NCBI RefSeq assembly: GCF_036321535.1
Contig: NC_087447.1
Location: 32,862,001-32,926,000, forward strand
Origin: Camelus dromedarius
Taxonomy: Eukaryota
Direction of reading: 5' to 3'
Length of the DNA stretch: 64,000 bases
Below are positions 25,722-39,600 of the stretch, piece by piece (the first letter of the stretch is position 1; each line of letters starts with the position of its first letter). A model generated the notes under the pieces. It was not told the origin of the DNA and searched no databases. It was given only the letters and a program-made list of their open reading frames with translations. The translations under genes and the position numbers were made by a program.

Positions 25722-26489
25722 GAAAGTGGCCAAGTTGGGAATTGAATCCAAGACTACATGTACTTGGAACCTGCCTCTCCCGTCTCACATTGTTACCTGC
25801 TAAGGCTTCATAATCCTCCCCACCTCAGTGAGTCAATCACAGTGGCACCTCCATCTTCTGTCCTGTTTTACCTCCACGCCTAGGGGAATGAGGCACCGGA
25901 CAATGACAGCAGAACCCAGATCATTCTTAGACCATTTCCATCCGCCCCGGAACATCAATCAACGAACAGTGAAGTCTCCTTCCCAAGGGATTCCAGTGGA
26001 ACCTTTCCTGGTTGTTTTAAGTTGCTTTGCATGTTAATGCCAGTGGTGGCAGCTGCTCTGACAAGTAAATCCTCACTGAGCTGTGACACTGACCAGAGAG
26101 CAGACACCAGAGTCTGGGAACCTGCTTCACACAAACAAGTCCTGGGGTGGAGGCCGTAATGGGGGGCTGAGAGGTGCCACGTCCGTAAGCGTGGCTGCGT
26201 GCTGTCCTTCAGTCTGTCTTCATCCACAGAAGGGATTTTACTGGGATTTGAAAAGGTTGTTCGGTAACAGCCACAGCAAACATGCATGACCAATACGACT
26301 GGATTTGAGACAAATCTATGAAAGATACCGAAAGACCTCAACTGCCCTGCAGACTATAAAGAGCTGACGAAGACAACGATGAGTCCGGTAAGCCCCCATG
26401 AGACAGGTGCGAACCCGTGGCTGTGGGGACGTGTAAGAGGGAGGCACTTACTAGAGGCACATGACAGGGGGTCCCTATGTTAACTGAAT

Positions 26490-26650
26490 ATTCTTTCTAA
26501 TCACTTGTGGATTTTTTAAAAAAGGACCGCCATCTATCCCATAAGAGATCAAGTGGATCAGAATCTCCAGGAGGTGATGCCCCCTCGTAAGTATTGTTTT
26601 AAGAGCTACTGGGATGAACTGAAGGTGATGGACATTGGGAATCACTGGTT
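26490..26650. mobile_element. MER5-type MITE, degenerate
   Basis: atcagaatctccagga...gtattgttttaagagct...ttgggaatcactg. Confidence 0.5.
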
Positions 26651-27179
26651 TAGGGGGTCAAGCTTCACCAGGAATTTGACGAGTGGAAATGGGGACAGAG
26701 GGAGGACCCGGGAACAGCATACACTCAGCAGAGCAGAGGGGAGAGAGCAGGGTTCGGAGAGAGTGGAAGGAATATTTGAGTAGGCTTGAGGATTCGTGTG
26801 GAGGCTGAGAGGGAGCAGGGGAAAATAAAAATTCAAAGGCAAAAGCAAGATCATGGGGACAGATGGACATCCAAGGGAGTTTGAATTTCATTTTCAAAAT
26901 ATGTAAAATACTGCTCTTGGTACATGCCATTGTCAATTATATGTTAGTTCTTATTTCTAAACGATCCGGATAACTATGCCTAAATTAAAAAAAAAAAAAA
27001 GCAGCTGCTCACAACTTGTGTGTTAAAACTGAGTATCACTGACTCCCACCACTGCATCCAAACAGAGTGCACTGGACCCCACAGTGAAAAAGCATCACTG
27101 TTACCTTCTTCTACAAATCACAGCTGGCAAATCTGTGTGTGCCCATCTCTCCTGGAATTATAAAGACACACAAGCAAAT

Positions 27180-27201
27180 GAGAGAGAGAGAGAGAGAGAG
27201 A
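27180..27201. repeat. (GA)n microsatellite
   Basis: Read directly. Confidence 0.9.
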
Positions 27202-28204
27202 AAGGGACTCTGATAAACTCCTCAAGAAGGGTGAGTCTGTCTGTCTGTGCAATACCTTGACGAGCCATTTCTTCAACCGTATGAGCTCCCTGAGGAGAAA
27301 GAGGCGGCAGGGAAGGCGGCGCGGGTGCTGCTGTGTATGGTGCTGGTAACACTCCGTGCTTACAGTACCTGATGCTATCAGTAGAGCAGGTGTTACCCTC
27401 ATCTCACAAAAAATGGCACAGATGACATGTGACTATTCCTCTAAAAGCCTCCAAGTGCTCCATTTTAGATTCCAACATATGCCACTCCTGCTACCGTCTG
27501 GGGAAGAGAGCGTAGCTGAGTGCATTCTGCTAGAACACTTAAAACATTTTTTTTAAAAGATTGTTTTAGATACTGTTTCTTTAAGTGTAAGCATTTGTAG
27601 CTGATGATATTTCAGGCTTACTTTATGTGCTAATTTTCAGTGCCATTAAGAAATGTTGTTATGATTCAGAATATTTTCAGGTTATAAATCTCTCAAGAAC
27701 AGAGATCTCATCTTCTTCATACCCATACTCCCAGGAAGCTTAACACAGGATTGGTGTGATGGTTGTTCTTAATAAATACCTTTTTCTGAAACAGAAGACT
27801 CACATGATTCTGTGATACTTAACAACCTATGTCACTCGCCACAATCTACACAACTAGTTGTGTCAAACCAAATAGAAAATAAATTTAACCTGATACGGTT
27901 TTGATGACCTGTTCCTTCAGTCATTTGACAGATATATTAAATGCCTACTCTAGATCTATATTCTGTATATACAGTGAAAAGTGAGGACTGTGGTGACACA
28001 CAGACAAGGTCTCTGCCCTCAAAGAATTTGTAAACTTGTGGCAGGAAACAGTTACACACACGTGTGTGCACAATAAACTGGAGAACAAGAAATGCTATAG
28101 AAGATATAAAAGTGATATAATGAAGCAACTACTTCAGATAAAATGGTGAGGGAGAGTCTCCAAAAAGTGACATTTGAGCTGAGAATTAAATTTAAAAAAA
28201 AAAA

Positions 28205-29026
28205 AGAAGTCTACAAATTATAATGCCGGAGAGGGTGCAGATAAAAGAGAACCCTCCTACACTGTTGGTGGGAATGTAGTTTGGTGCAGCCACTATGGAA
28301 AACAGTATGGAGATTCTTTAGAAAAACTAAAAGCAGACTTACTATATGACGCAGTTATCCCACTCCTGGGCATATATCAAGAGGAAACTCTAATATGAAA
28401 AGGTGCATGCACCCCAATGTTCATAGCAGCACTATTTACAATAGCCAAGACATGGGAGCAACCCAAGTGCCAATCAACAGACAACCAGCTTAAGAAGATG
28501 GGAGATACATATGTACATATATATACGCGTATGTACACACATAATATATAATAGAATAGAATATTATAATAATAGACTATTACTCAACCATAAAAAAGAA
28601 TGAAATATTGCCATTTGCTGCAACATGGATGGACTTAAAAAATAGTATGCTTAGTGAAATAAGTCAGAAAGAAAAAGACAAATGCTACGTGATGTCACTT
28701 ACATGTGGAATCTAAAAAAAGAGAACACAAATGAATCCATATGCAAAACAGAAACAGACTCACAGACACAGAAGATAAACTGATGGTCACCAGAGGGGAG
28801 GAGGAGGTGGAGAGGGACAGACTAGGAGGATGCGATTAACAGATACAAACTACTGTATGTAAAACAGATAATAAGGATTTATTGCATAACACAGGGAATT
28901 ATACCCAATATCATGTAACAACCTAAAATGGAATGTAGTCTGCAAAGATTAAAAAAAAAAACAAAAACGAGTCACTATGCTGTACAAATACAACATCATA
29001 AATCAACTTTACTTCAATTAAAAAAG
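28205..29026 (+). mobile_element. 5'-truncated LINE-1 of a different, probably older subfamily, inserted in an L2
   Basis: gaaccctcctacactgttggtgggaatgta... is the ORF2 end. 3'UTR variant gattaacagatacaaactact is shared with the 62345 copy. Flanks (gtgacatttgagctgaga | gagaacagcaaaggccctga) are consecutive reverse-L2 sequence. Confidence 0.9.
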
Positions 29027-31837
29027 GAGAAGATAACCACGCAAGAAGACAGGTGCTGAGTGTTCCCCACTGAGAGAACAGCAAAGGCCCTGAAACTGGG
29101 TGGGTTCACTGTCATGGTCAAAGCATGAAAAAGGTCAGAAAAGCTAATATCCATAGGAGATGAGTCCAGTAAGTGGGCACGGACAATTCCACCCAAAGCA
29201 CGAAGGCCATGCAAAGAAGTTAGAAGTGTATTCTACATCCAGTGGGAAGGCATTAGAACAAGAAACCAGAAAGTGGTATGATCAGATTTATACATCTGTT
29301 TCATCCAGAAATATACTGAACAAAAAATGCTCCCAACTACCAAAGAAAAATTAAATGATGGTCAGATTTCTGTTCCTCGTAAGACCCATTTACAAAGCTA
29401 TTTTTAAAAGTGTGGAAATAAAAGGAAATTCAGATGAACAATTATCCAAATTTAAAATGTCACTGATAAAAACAACTCTCGCTCCTTGCTGAGGTGTCCA
29501 GTACCCCGACATTCTCCCATTCAGAGCAGGGCTCAGGACCTGGATGAAGGAAGTGCATCCCCAGGGGGCGGTGAAGGCTCAGTTCCCCCGGGCACCCCAC
29601 TCGGCACAGCAGAGAGAGATCAGCAGGTGAGCAGGCCGTGACATCCGTCGTCCTAACAGCGACATGCACGACAGGGACGGGGCACCACTGATAATTACGT
29701 CAGAACGACCAGCATAAACGGGGGCGGCCCCTGGCATCTGGAACGCAGAGTCACCCTTGACCTAGGCTTGAGTCTCAACTTGTACCAAACCAGCTGTGTG
29801 GCCTGCGGCCAGGTGTGACCCTTTCTGAGACTGCTTTTCTTGATCGGGCACAGGAAGTGGTTGCATCTTCTCATTCATTGACCGATCACCAACTATCAAA
29901 GGGTCTCGCTGGAGAGACAGAAGAATGGAGTCCATTTCATCCTCACAGTCTAGTCACAGAATAAACTGAATGGCGGCATAGCAAGTGAAGTCACAGGGAC
30001 AAACACCAGGGTGAAACCTCTAGAGTTAACCGAGCAGAGGAGTGAGAACCCCCACGAAGACAACAACAAGTGCTTCACGGGGGCCTGGTGAAGCCTGGGC
30101 TGAAGTTAGTAAAATAAACAGAAATTCACATTTAAATCAACACGACTGAGGGAAAGAGAGGGTCACCTTGGACTCAGGGCTCTGCTGCGGTCCAGCCAGA
30201 GGGGCGGCACGTGCAGAGGCACAGAGCGTGCGGCACGGTGGCGGGTCCAGGCCGTTATCACATATCAACTAGGTGACCTCTAAGGTCTTTAACGCGCACA
30301 AAAAAATGCTAAGACTTCCCTATTTATTGATGTCAAATACAGTTATTAAAAACGAATTCTTATTAGCCCCCAAATGTAATAACACACGTCAATATTCTAT
30401 CTCCAGCAGCGCTAGCAGCCACGTGACCCATTCCTAGTCCCACGTCACCCGTTTACTCCGAGCTGCACACACACAGCAGTTCCTGGCTGTGTTTAAAGGA
30501 AGCATATGAAGACCCAGCATAAAGGCTTGCTTCTCCCCAGGGTTGCACATCACTGATTTAAGAATAAAAGAAACAGGGACAGAATACGGGGCAGAGGGCT
30601 GAATATGCGGGAACATCTAAGATAACACCAACACTTACTGAACATTCAACAGGTATTAATTCCACTTGCATTTTACAGATTAGATAACCGAGGCACAGCC
30701 TAGAGAAGACCTTGCCCAAGGTAACCTACTGAGCAGAGGCAGAGCTGGGATGTGTCTGCAGGGAGGCTGACTCGAGGGTCCCTGCCTTTAACAATTACCC
30801 CACCTGCCTCTCAACAGTGATGCCAACATTGCAGTGGCCAGTTCTGCTGTGTCTACTCTGCCCTATTTTATCTTTGTCCCAGAGCAATCTCAGGGGAGAA
30901 GTAAAAACACAGACTGACTCTCAGCAGCAACCTTTGGACAAAATAAAAATTAAAAAAGATATGCAGTGAGCAAAGACGATGAATTTTCAAAATCAAATTC
31001 CCATTTTTCTACTTCAGCATCTGAACTGTGAGAATCTGCAGTCAGAACGCTTGCCCTCTGGGTCTGTCCAAGTCAGCATTAAGAATTCAGCCAAGTCCAC
31101 CGGACATGAAGTAACTGGATTGGGCCAAGGTTCTCATGGAAACAGTTACATTTTTGATCACTTGTTTGGATTCCATGAAAGGTATAAGGTCTTAAAGGTG
31201 AAGAGCTCCATCTGTTAACTTCCTCTGTTCAGCCGTTAACAAACCACAAGCCGAAACGTGATTAAAGGAGACCTTGCAAAGATAATGGCAGTTTTAATAG
31301 CAACAATAATAAGGTTAATTTGACTCTATCCTATTTGTGCATCAATTCAAGTTTATAACCTTTAAATATATGGTATCCAATTTAAACCTAATAATACATG
31401 TGTATTATTAGCCACATAAAAATGTATTAACAGATGAAGGCTCGGAGAAGTGCGCTGACTTTTGTAGTTCAAGAGTTGAGATTTAAACTGAACGTCTAAG
31501 TCCAGCAATATTTCCTCTTCTCCCACAGCTGCATCTTACACTGTTAGAAATTCCAGTAAGCCATCATGCTTTGCTTCAGAAAGAACTAAACACCACAGCC
31601 TACAGATGCAGGCTTTGTCCTCCGACTGCCCCAGCTTCTGTATAATCGTTCTAAAACCCAACACCTCACAATCCCTGGCCTGATCCCTGAGTTGTAGAGG
31701 GAGGAAGTTTGTACACTGATGAGTTTAACAAGTGAGGGGGTCACATTTTAACACCAGGAGCTGAATAGACTAGCGAAGCAGGCTGCCCCTCATGCAAAAG
31801 TCCAGATGGATGGAGGGCATGGCTGAAAGCTGCTTAC

Positions 31838-31978
31838 CAACACAGGACTCCCCGGACAGTGAGTAGGTCCCATCGTCATGGAAACCGCTTCTGCACTCAC
31901 AGTGGTACCACCCTGGCAGGTTAACGCAGCGGGAATGGTTGTGGCACTCAACGAGCCCCTCTGTACATTCATCAACAT
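31838..31978 (-). CDS. NELL1: NELL1 coding exon (human exon 16 equivalent), calcium-binding EGF-like domain
   Basis: Translates as (D)VDECTEGLVECHNHSRCVNLPGWYHCECRSGFHDDGTYSLSGESCV, a cbEGF pattern that I recognise as NELL1. Acceptor tttttctctgaggcag|AT (AG at 31979-31980), donor TTG|gtaagc (GT at 31836-31837). 141 nt, phase 1-1. Confidence 0.96.
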
Positions 31979-34900
31979 CTGCCTCAGAGAAAAACACAAG
32001 CCCACCAGGACATTAATTTCTCTTGACACGAACCTTTCAGTAAACACCTAAAACAGGCTCATGTCAACATATCAATTACAACTGGTCAGTCACCTCGAAG
32101 GAGAGTTATAGGAAGAGCCAAATTCCTTTTTTTTTTTTTTTCGCCAGAATCTAAGCAAAATGAAACCTTCATTTGGGGGAATGTTTCTTGTAGATCGAAT
32201 GATAAGTCAGAGCTGACGGTCGTGGAGGCATTCTGAACTGCAAAGGCTGTTTTCGTTCCTAAATCACCAGAAACTAACTCGAGGATATTTGGCACGGTTT
32301 TGTTATTCAGTGTATATGACTCTTCTCTGATTCAATGATTCCAAAATAGTCATTCCAGATACTATTTGGCATTCTTTGAAAATAACCGTGAACCAGTAAG
32401 TTATTGAAACTCTAGGTTAAACAGTGTTAAACTAATGTTTCTTTTTCAGATTTTAGTCTGAGACTTACCCTGTTTACATGCCCTGCACAACTTAGACAGG
32501 AGAATCAAAATATGCGCTGTTCCCCAAATTGACTTGGCTGAGGGATGCTTTTTCTTTGGATAATACCTTGTGAAACTAATGTTTAGGAATCACTGTTCTA
32601 ATTCTTTTAAAACTGCTGATTCACTTAAGGACTTGATTTATGATAGGAAATCAGAGCTCGCCATTCATCGCTCATTTGTGATGAAAGGAAGTCTTCTGGG
32701 CTTTATTTCCTCTAGAATCTGGCTTCTCGGAATCAGCAAGTGCCTGGCTCATGCACGGATTCTGTCGCCCAGAGGCTGGCCTCTGAGCTGAAGGAAGGTG
32801 ATGTGACTACAGACAGATGAGCTGTCCATGGTCGTGCCAGGGTCGGTCCACCTCACAGCATCTCTCTGCGGAATTATTTCTTGGACTAGAGCCATGGCTA
32901 GCTGGGAATCTTCCCCTAGTCCTCCTGGAAATTAACATTGGCAGCCTGATCTGAATAGAAATTTAACTAATACTCGGATATCACACATAATGGATAAAAC
33001 GCACTTGGGAGTCACGTTCAGCAGCGCCCTGGAGTAGGTGTTGACCCAGGGGCCATCAGCTCCCAGTGGTTCTGACACCTTGACAAGTCCTGAGTGTGCA
33101 CAGGGCTGTGGATGTGGTTTGAAACCCGCCACTCTCATCTCATGACATTCCAGCCAAGCAGAGAGGAAAGGGGTAGCTCTTTATTCTGGGCAACTCCCTC
33201 TTGGCCTTTTCCTACCAACTGCCATCTTCTTCCTCTCCGACTGTGTCATTCAGTTCACACAGTCCTCAGACATGTAGCATCTCTTGGGTTTCTAAATGCC
33301 ATCAGCCCCCAGAACCCAGTGCTTCTAGGCCCCCTTCAGCTACTGCAGACAGGTTGTGAGTGCCTTTATTAAACATCTCCAAAAATACATTTGACAAGTT
33401 ACGTTGTCACTTCTAAAATTTTACAGGTATGTCATTCAGTGGGACACACCTTGGGTCACTAAAACTTTCAAAAATTGAAAGAGAGATGTGACTTGAGGCC
33501 GTGTCTCACAGAGGGGAAGGACTGGCCCTAAGTGATGAAGTCAGTTTGGTTATTTCTGGATACAGGTCACCAAGAGGAACAGACATAGAAGACTGAAATT
33601 TCAGAGATAACTTCTCTACGTGGGCCTGAAAGATAAGTCTCTGTAATGGAGCAGCCACAAATTCTGCCTCTGAAATTTATTTCCAAAGCTCCCAGAACGG
33701 CAGTCATGATCCCCACAGACCCCACAGCTTCTAGATTAGCGACAATACTTAGGTAACAACCACCTAGCCAGAGCGAGTGTTTCAGGAAACCAGGAAACAC
33801 AACAGCAAAAGCTTCTCAAAGAGCCAGGCCGATTTCCTGGCTGGCCTGGAGCGGAGCAGGCCGCGTTTACACCTGTGGTCCTTTTCACTCTCAAAACCAT
33901 CTCAGTTTGGAGGATACATTATCTGAACATTTTACAAATAATTCCTCCAGCTCTCAATTCAAAGGGCAGTTTCTAGAAGGAGCAGGAGTGGTGACTGATG
34001 TGCAAATATATATTTTTTCAATTCAAAGATTTTTTTTTTATTCCCCAAATGAAATAAGAGACAGTGAAAGCTTCCATGATCCAGCAGGACAGACGTTATC
34101 TGTGTAGCACGGGGGCTCTTATAGGAGTGGAGACAACCAGACAATTGTACATCCCCAGTTGCCCCAGAGACACCAGGGAATCCCTGGCTTGTACTGAAAA
34201 TGAGAGAAGTAGTGGGTCTTTGCCTCAGTGGATCCCTTGCCTGGGAGCCACACCGCCCACAGTAGATTCCAGGGACATCCTGGGAATAACCAGGGCTCAC
34301 GCTACATTAGCACCTGGAAACAAGGCTGTGTATTTCTGCTTGGTGGGCCAGGTCTATATCTGAAGGCAGAATTTTCATTTTCTATGCAGCAGGCTGCACT
34401 TGAGAGGTGCTCATGTTTTCATCATGTTCAGAAAACCAGCCATTTCTTCTGCAGTCACGGTAGTATTAATAGCAACCACCACAAACCCAAATACAGAAAA
34501 TCCGTGGAGGCTTTTCTGCAATACTATGGGGACTTTAAAAATTATAAATGGGTTGTGGCTGCCTGTGTCCTAAGAGATTTGCTTCTCCCGGTCAGCACTT
34601 GCTACAGGCAAACAGACAAGACAGATGCTCTGGGAACAGGGTCTCTGTGAGTTCACTATGGAATCCGGCTCCCTGTCTCAAGGAATTCTGATAAATCACA
34701 GTGAGCCCGGCTGCATCACACAGTTGTCAGTCATTCCAAAGGAAAGAGACAAACCAAAAAAAGAAAAAAGAAAAAATTTGTCCTTCCTATAACAAATCCT
34801 AGGATTTCTGCTTAAATCTTGGTTTAATCCAGCTCAGACCTGGAAATGCGGCAGAGGAAACAAGAAATGCTGGGGGATTCCTCAGAGTGGATTCTGCAGC

Positions 34901-35474
34901 ATTCCTTCCCGTATCCTCAGTGCCAAATGTCTGCTACACAGTAATTCACACGGTAGCCCAGGCCCCTCAGCTAACAGATGGTGAGACCAGGTTCAGAACT
35001 AGTTAGAACCTGCATTTGTCAGTCTTCTATCACATCATGTCATTTACGGATGGGGAAGGGAAGATTTACACAAAGATACCACATTCATTCAATTCTCTAA
35101 ATATTTGCTGAGCTGAAAATATTCATCAAGGATGATATTTGTGTTGTGGCAGATGCCAAAGTAAAGACAACACAATGTCTAAAATCCAGGACCTCTCAAT
35201 CCAGGAGAAAAGATACGCAGTACACACCCAGTCCTTCAACCCCCAACTCTCCAGACGTACAGGTCCTCCCTCCCTGGTGACTCAGTCTACACACACAAAT
35301 CCATTTAATTTTATCTTATCTTTTCTCTCTCAGATTTGCAGTATTTCCTTTTTGTATCCATCACTCAAATGCAGACTTCCCAACAATAGAGACATCATAG
35401 GTTCATTTTTTTTGTGATAATGAATGAGTCTCTAGCAATCTGAAGGTGTTCAATAAAAGTTTGTGGGAATGAAA

Positions 35475-35944
35475 AAAAATAAAATAAAATAATGCCATTT
35501 GCAGCAATATGAATGGACCTGGAGATCATCATTCTAAGTGAAATAAGCCAGAAGGAGAAAGAAACATATCATATGATCACTCATATGTGGAACTAAAAAA
35601 ATAAAATAAAATAAAATAAAAAAGAAAGAAAGAAAAAGAAAGAAAAGAGAGGACACTAATAAACTCATCTACAAAACAGAAACAGACTCACAGAGATAGT
35701 AAACAATCTTATGGTTACCGAGAGAAAGGGGGTGAGAAGGGATAAATTTAGGAGTTTGAGATTTGCAAATGTTAGCCACTATATATAAAAAAAGATTAAA
35801 AACAAATTTCTTCTGTATCTTGCAATAACCTTTAATGAAAAAGAAAATGAAAATGAACATATGTATGCATATGCATGACTGGGACATTGTCCTGTACACC
35901 AGAAATTGACACATTGTAACTGACTATACTTCAGTTAAAAAAAG
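35475..35944 (+). mobile_element. Short 5'-truncated LINE-1 with perfect 18-bp TSD, inserted in an L2 tail
   Basis: TSD aagtttgtgggaatgaaa at 35457-35474 and 35945-35962. Same 3'UTR family as the 17756 and 25065 copies. Confidence 0.95.
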
Positions 35945-37329
35945 AAGTTTGTGGGAATGAAAGGATGAACAAATAAATGACGATGGACTGAACATAAGGA
36001 ACGAAAAAAAAAGTGCTGTACTAGAGAGTCAAAGCACAAGAGACCCTGCTGTTTGCACACCACAGAGAAACAGTGTCAATTCACAAAACTGAACATTCTG
36101 GGATTAGTTTCATCCTTATGTGTCGTTTACCTCTAAAAGACACCGTGTCATTTTTGTTTAAGGCTTCGCATCTAAGTCTAATCTTTAGAGATTTTAAGTC
36201 TGCACAACAGGCAACAGTAAGACACACAGTTGCCTTCAGTGAAGAACCCTACCTGTACCTTGAGTTTCTTATTCACAGTGAAAACCAGATGAGGGCCCCG
36301 GGTATTATTTTATTTTTTTCTCCCTAGGATGTGTCCTAAAGCAACACACCTAATCCCATTTGGAATATACAATGAATTTGCTATCAAAAGCCACTGGCAA
36401 ACAAATCTTTGGATTCTTCAAGTTTCTTCCATTGAATGAAGTTCTTCCTTTATTGTATCTCTTCTGTCTCATATTTGCTATTTGAAAATCTACCAAATCA
36501 ATAAAGTTGTGCCCAAAGTTGATTTTCAAGGAGATACTCTTTTATTTCCCATTAACTGGTTAAAGTTCACAGTGCAGTAGTGGCTCTGGTTGCAGCTTGA
36601 TTACAGCTTTTCCAAGGATTTGAAAAGTGACAAGGCTGAGCCATGAGAAAAATTTTGCATGCTTTCGTTCATTCAACAAAAGTTTCCTGAGCACACTTGT
36701 ATGAAGCTCTATTTCCCGCCCCCCGATGGTAGAGATGAAAAGATACAGTCCCCCGTATTCCAGACTCTTAAGAGTCTATCAGGGCAAGCGGAATGTAAAC
36801 ATACGACCATAGCTGAGAACATGGGCTTTGGACACAAACATGACTTCAAATTCCTGCTCACTGACACACTAATACAGTGTTTTGATTTTTCCAAATCTTT
36901 GTTTTCTTATCTGTAGATTGAGGATAATAAAATCAAATGTCATTGGACTGATGAACAAAAATGACCCTTAAGCAAAATCTATTATGTATCTCCTATTGTA
37001 TAGCATATTAACTTTGGGCTCTGTATAACTGCTCTAAAAACAGAAGACTGAAAAAAAATTAGTATTAACTGGTAGTCAGGACACTGGTTAGGACTGAGAG
37101 ATGATTTTCAGATCTTTAAAAATGTTCGTTTGTATTTTGAGACAGTTGTCATATTATGAAACATTCAGGAATAGAATCTATGACTCTGTGGTGTATATCC
37201 CATTAAAAACTGGATTCTCTCCTCCCCAAAAATGTGACACGAATTTAAGGAAGTGGAAGCAATACCCCCAAGTGCCAAAAGTAAACTCAACCCCGATTAT
37301 TATCTAATATTTGCTGAGTGCCGGGATTA

Positions 37330-37775
37330 TACTGAACACAGCAGGCATCGGAGTACTTGAGGGAAGCGAAAAAGACACACGGAAAGGAGAGGCTCCGTGG
37401 CAGAAACGGGCCAGCTCTTCCCTGCCTTCTTCCTGGGCTCCCAAGGGGGCGCCCTCCGCACACCGCCTTTGCAGATGGGTGAGGTCACGTGACTGAAGCT
37501 AGCAAGAACTCCACGCCAATACGGCCCACAGAAATGTCTCTATGGCCCTGCACGCTACTTCCACCTACCCCCTGGGGGCTCATGTCCAGAGAACCTCGGA
37601 AGCCACCAGCTGAAAACGGCAGAGCCCTTGTCTGCCCAGCCGCCTGCAGGACCAGCAGCGCGGCGCCCTCCCGCAGCCCTGAGCCCGCCCCGGGCTCCGT
37701 GTGCGCGGGGGCAGGCTTCCCTCTTCCCGAGCCCTTACGCAGTCCGGGCTGCTTTACTGCTCCAGCCAGCATTTC
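37330..37775. promoter_or_regulatory. GC/CpG-rich patch with promoter-type motifs
   Basis: GTCACGTGAC at 37484-37493, CCAAT at 37516-37520, GC box CCCGCCCC at 37684-37691; many CpGs in an AT-rich intron. Confidence 0.4.
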
Positions 37776-39074
37776 CTAACTAGATAGACACCTTTGCATT
37801 TTCAGGGGAAGGACTGTGCTCAGGTCAGACCCCATGCAGACACAATCTCTACAAACAAAAACAAAACCAAAAAAATAGGCAAACAAGAAAAAACTTCAGC
37901 ATCAATCAAGACTGAGCAGGCAGTGAAAGGGGTAGTTTTATGCTGAAAACCAAGAGTCAAGATAATGCACAAGGAAGACAAAAACACGTGACTTTGTGGT
38001 CAGATACAGCTGAGTGTGTATCTTGCTCTGTGACTTCCTAACTCTAAGACTCCAAGCAGGTTATTTATCTTTTTTCAGCTTCAGGCTCCCTGGGTCTTAA
38101 AGGAGGCTGACATTACCATGTTCACAGTGCTGCTTTAAGGACCGAGTGAGATCGATATAAAACTACTCCACAGAGCTAGGCAGCCATTCATTAGGTCTGC
38201 AGTCATTAACATTCTCTGATGTCTAATCCCCACTTGGTCATGGAGGAGCCACGTGTCCAGGCCAAGACAGTCCGAGCCACGGGCTCCCATCCCTTAGGTG
38301 GGAAGTGAAGCCTTGTGCTGTGGCACACTTCAGTCCTCTTTCAGCTCTACCACCCCACAGGAAGGGCGATCTGGGCTTGGGGCTGACGTCTTCATCGGCT
38401 ACTGATGCGCCGAAGAGTGCTACAAGGCTGAAGGGACCTCTCTGTATCCCTCAGTTTCTTCATTAGCCGAATTGCAGTAACAAAAATTACACACTCTGTC
38501 TGCCTCACAAACGAAGCTCCAGTAAGGTAGGAACAAGTTCCAGAAGTCGATTAACTGCTACACAAAATGTATGGAGACATCGTGATTACTGTTTCTTCTT
38601 TGCGAGTCCTGATCAGTGACTAGTTTTGGTCCATTAAACTGAAAGGCGCCTGCTGTTAACAACGCTGTCAGTGGCACTGGTGATACGTCTCTTCTCTGTC
38701 CCTTGTAGGTCTCTTTCTTTACTGACCTGACAGAGGAGAATCAGCCTCTTTCTGGCTATACCCTTCACATTTTACCTCCGCAGTTTTTCTTTCTATTTGA
38801 CTATTCTCTAAGCAAACCATTCCCAAATTCTTCTAGAAAGAACCTGTTTATTCCCACTTCAATTCTCTATGATCTGGAGGGTTTCTGACCTACATCTCTA
38901 CAAATGGACCTGTAACAGAAGTTCATATACACATTTACTAATATCTGTGAATTAGCTAATCTCCGAGGGCTCCTTATTTCCAACTTATTCTACCCAAAAC
39001 CTTACACACCACATATCTTTCTATATATCAATCTCATTTTCTTCCCCAATAGCTCTCACTCCGGACAATCAATG

Positions 39075-39600
39075 AATGAAAGGTCAAAGTTCTTCTACTG
39101 GCTTACAAAACCTCCCATGCTCTGCCTGCTCCCATCTTTCTCGATTCATCACTGTCCCTTTTGCTTACACCAGCCAGGACACCTACGCTGACTTCCCAGC
39201 TGCTCCTCAGACATATCAGTGCTCCATGCATGGCATACGTTGTCTGCATATGCTGTTCCTCTGTCTAGAATGCTCTCTCAGATATCTCCATGACTTAACT
39301 TCTCAACCTCCAAGTCTTTACTCGAATAGCCACCTTCTCAGCAAGCCTCTGTCTGGCCACTGCATCCATACCGACTCACCCCAGCTCACATATTCCCTAT
39401 CCTTTCTCTCACTATGTTTTTCTCCTTTCTACATATTGCCATTGAACAGACTTTATATTTTACATGTGTTTCTTACTTGTTTTCTGTCTTCTTCTCCTCA
39501 CTAGAATGTGAGCCCCATCAGGTGATATGAGGACAGAACAGGACCTGGACCTTCATGGGCACAAAAGGGCTATTTGCTGGATGAAGGAAAGATAGAGGAA
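39075..39600 (+). mobile_element. L2 LINE 3' region
   Basis: tgctgttcctctgtctagaatgctct, gtctttactcgaatagccaccttctcag, cactagaatgtgagccccat. Confidence 0.75.

Larger units (their letters stand above)
6567..31837 (-). other. NELL1: NELL1 intron (phase 1, GT-AG, 25,271 nt)
   Basis: Bounded by the donor and acceptor of the two exons; the reading frame is continuous across the junction. Confidence 0.9.

Noticed and set aside
32463..32500. Strong minus-strand donor CAGG|gtaagt (another lies near 7833-7840)
   Set aside because: The nearest acceptors give only 8-14-nt exons with weak support; consistent with chance.
32678..32791. GTGATGA...CTGA, resembling C/D box snoRNA motifs
   Set aside because: Antisense to the host transcript, with no terminal stem and no recognisable rRNA guide.
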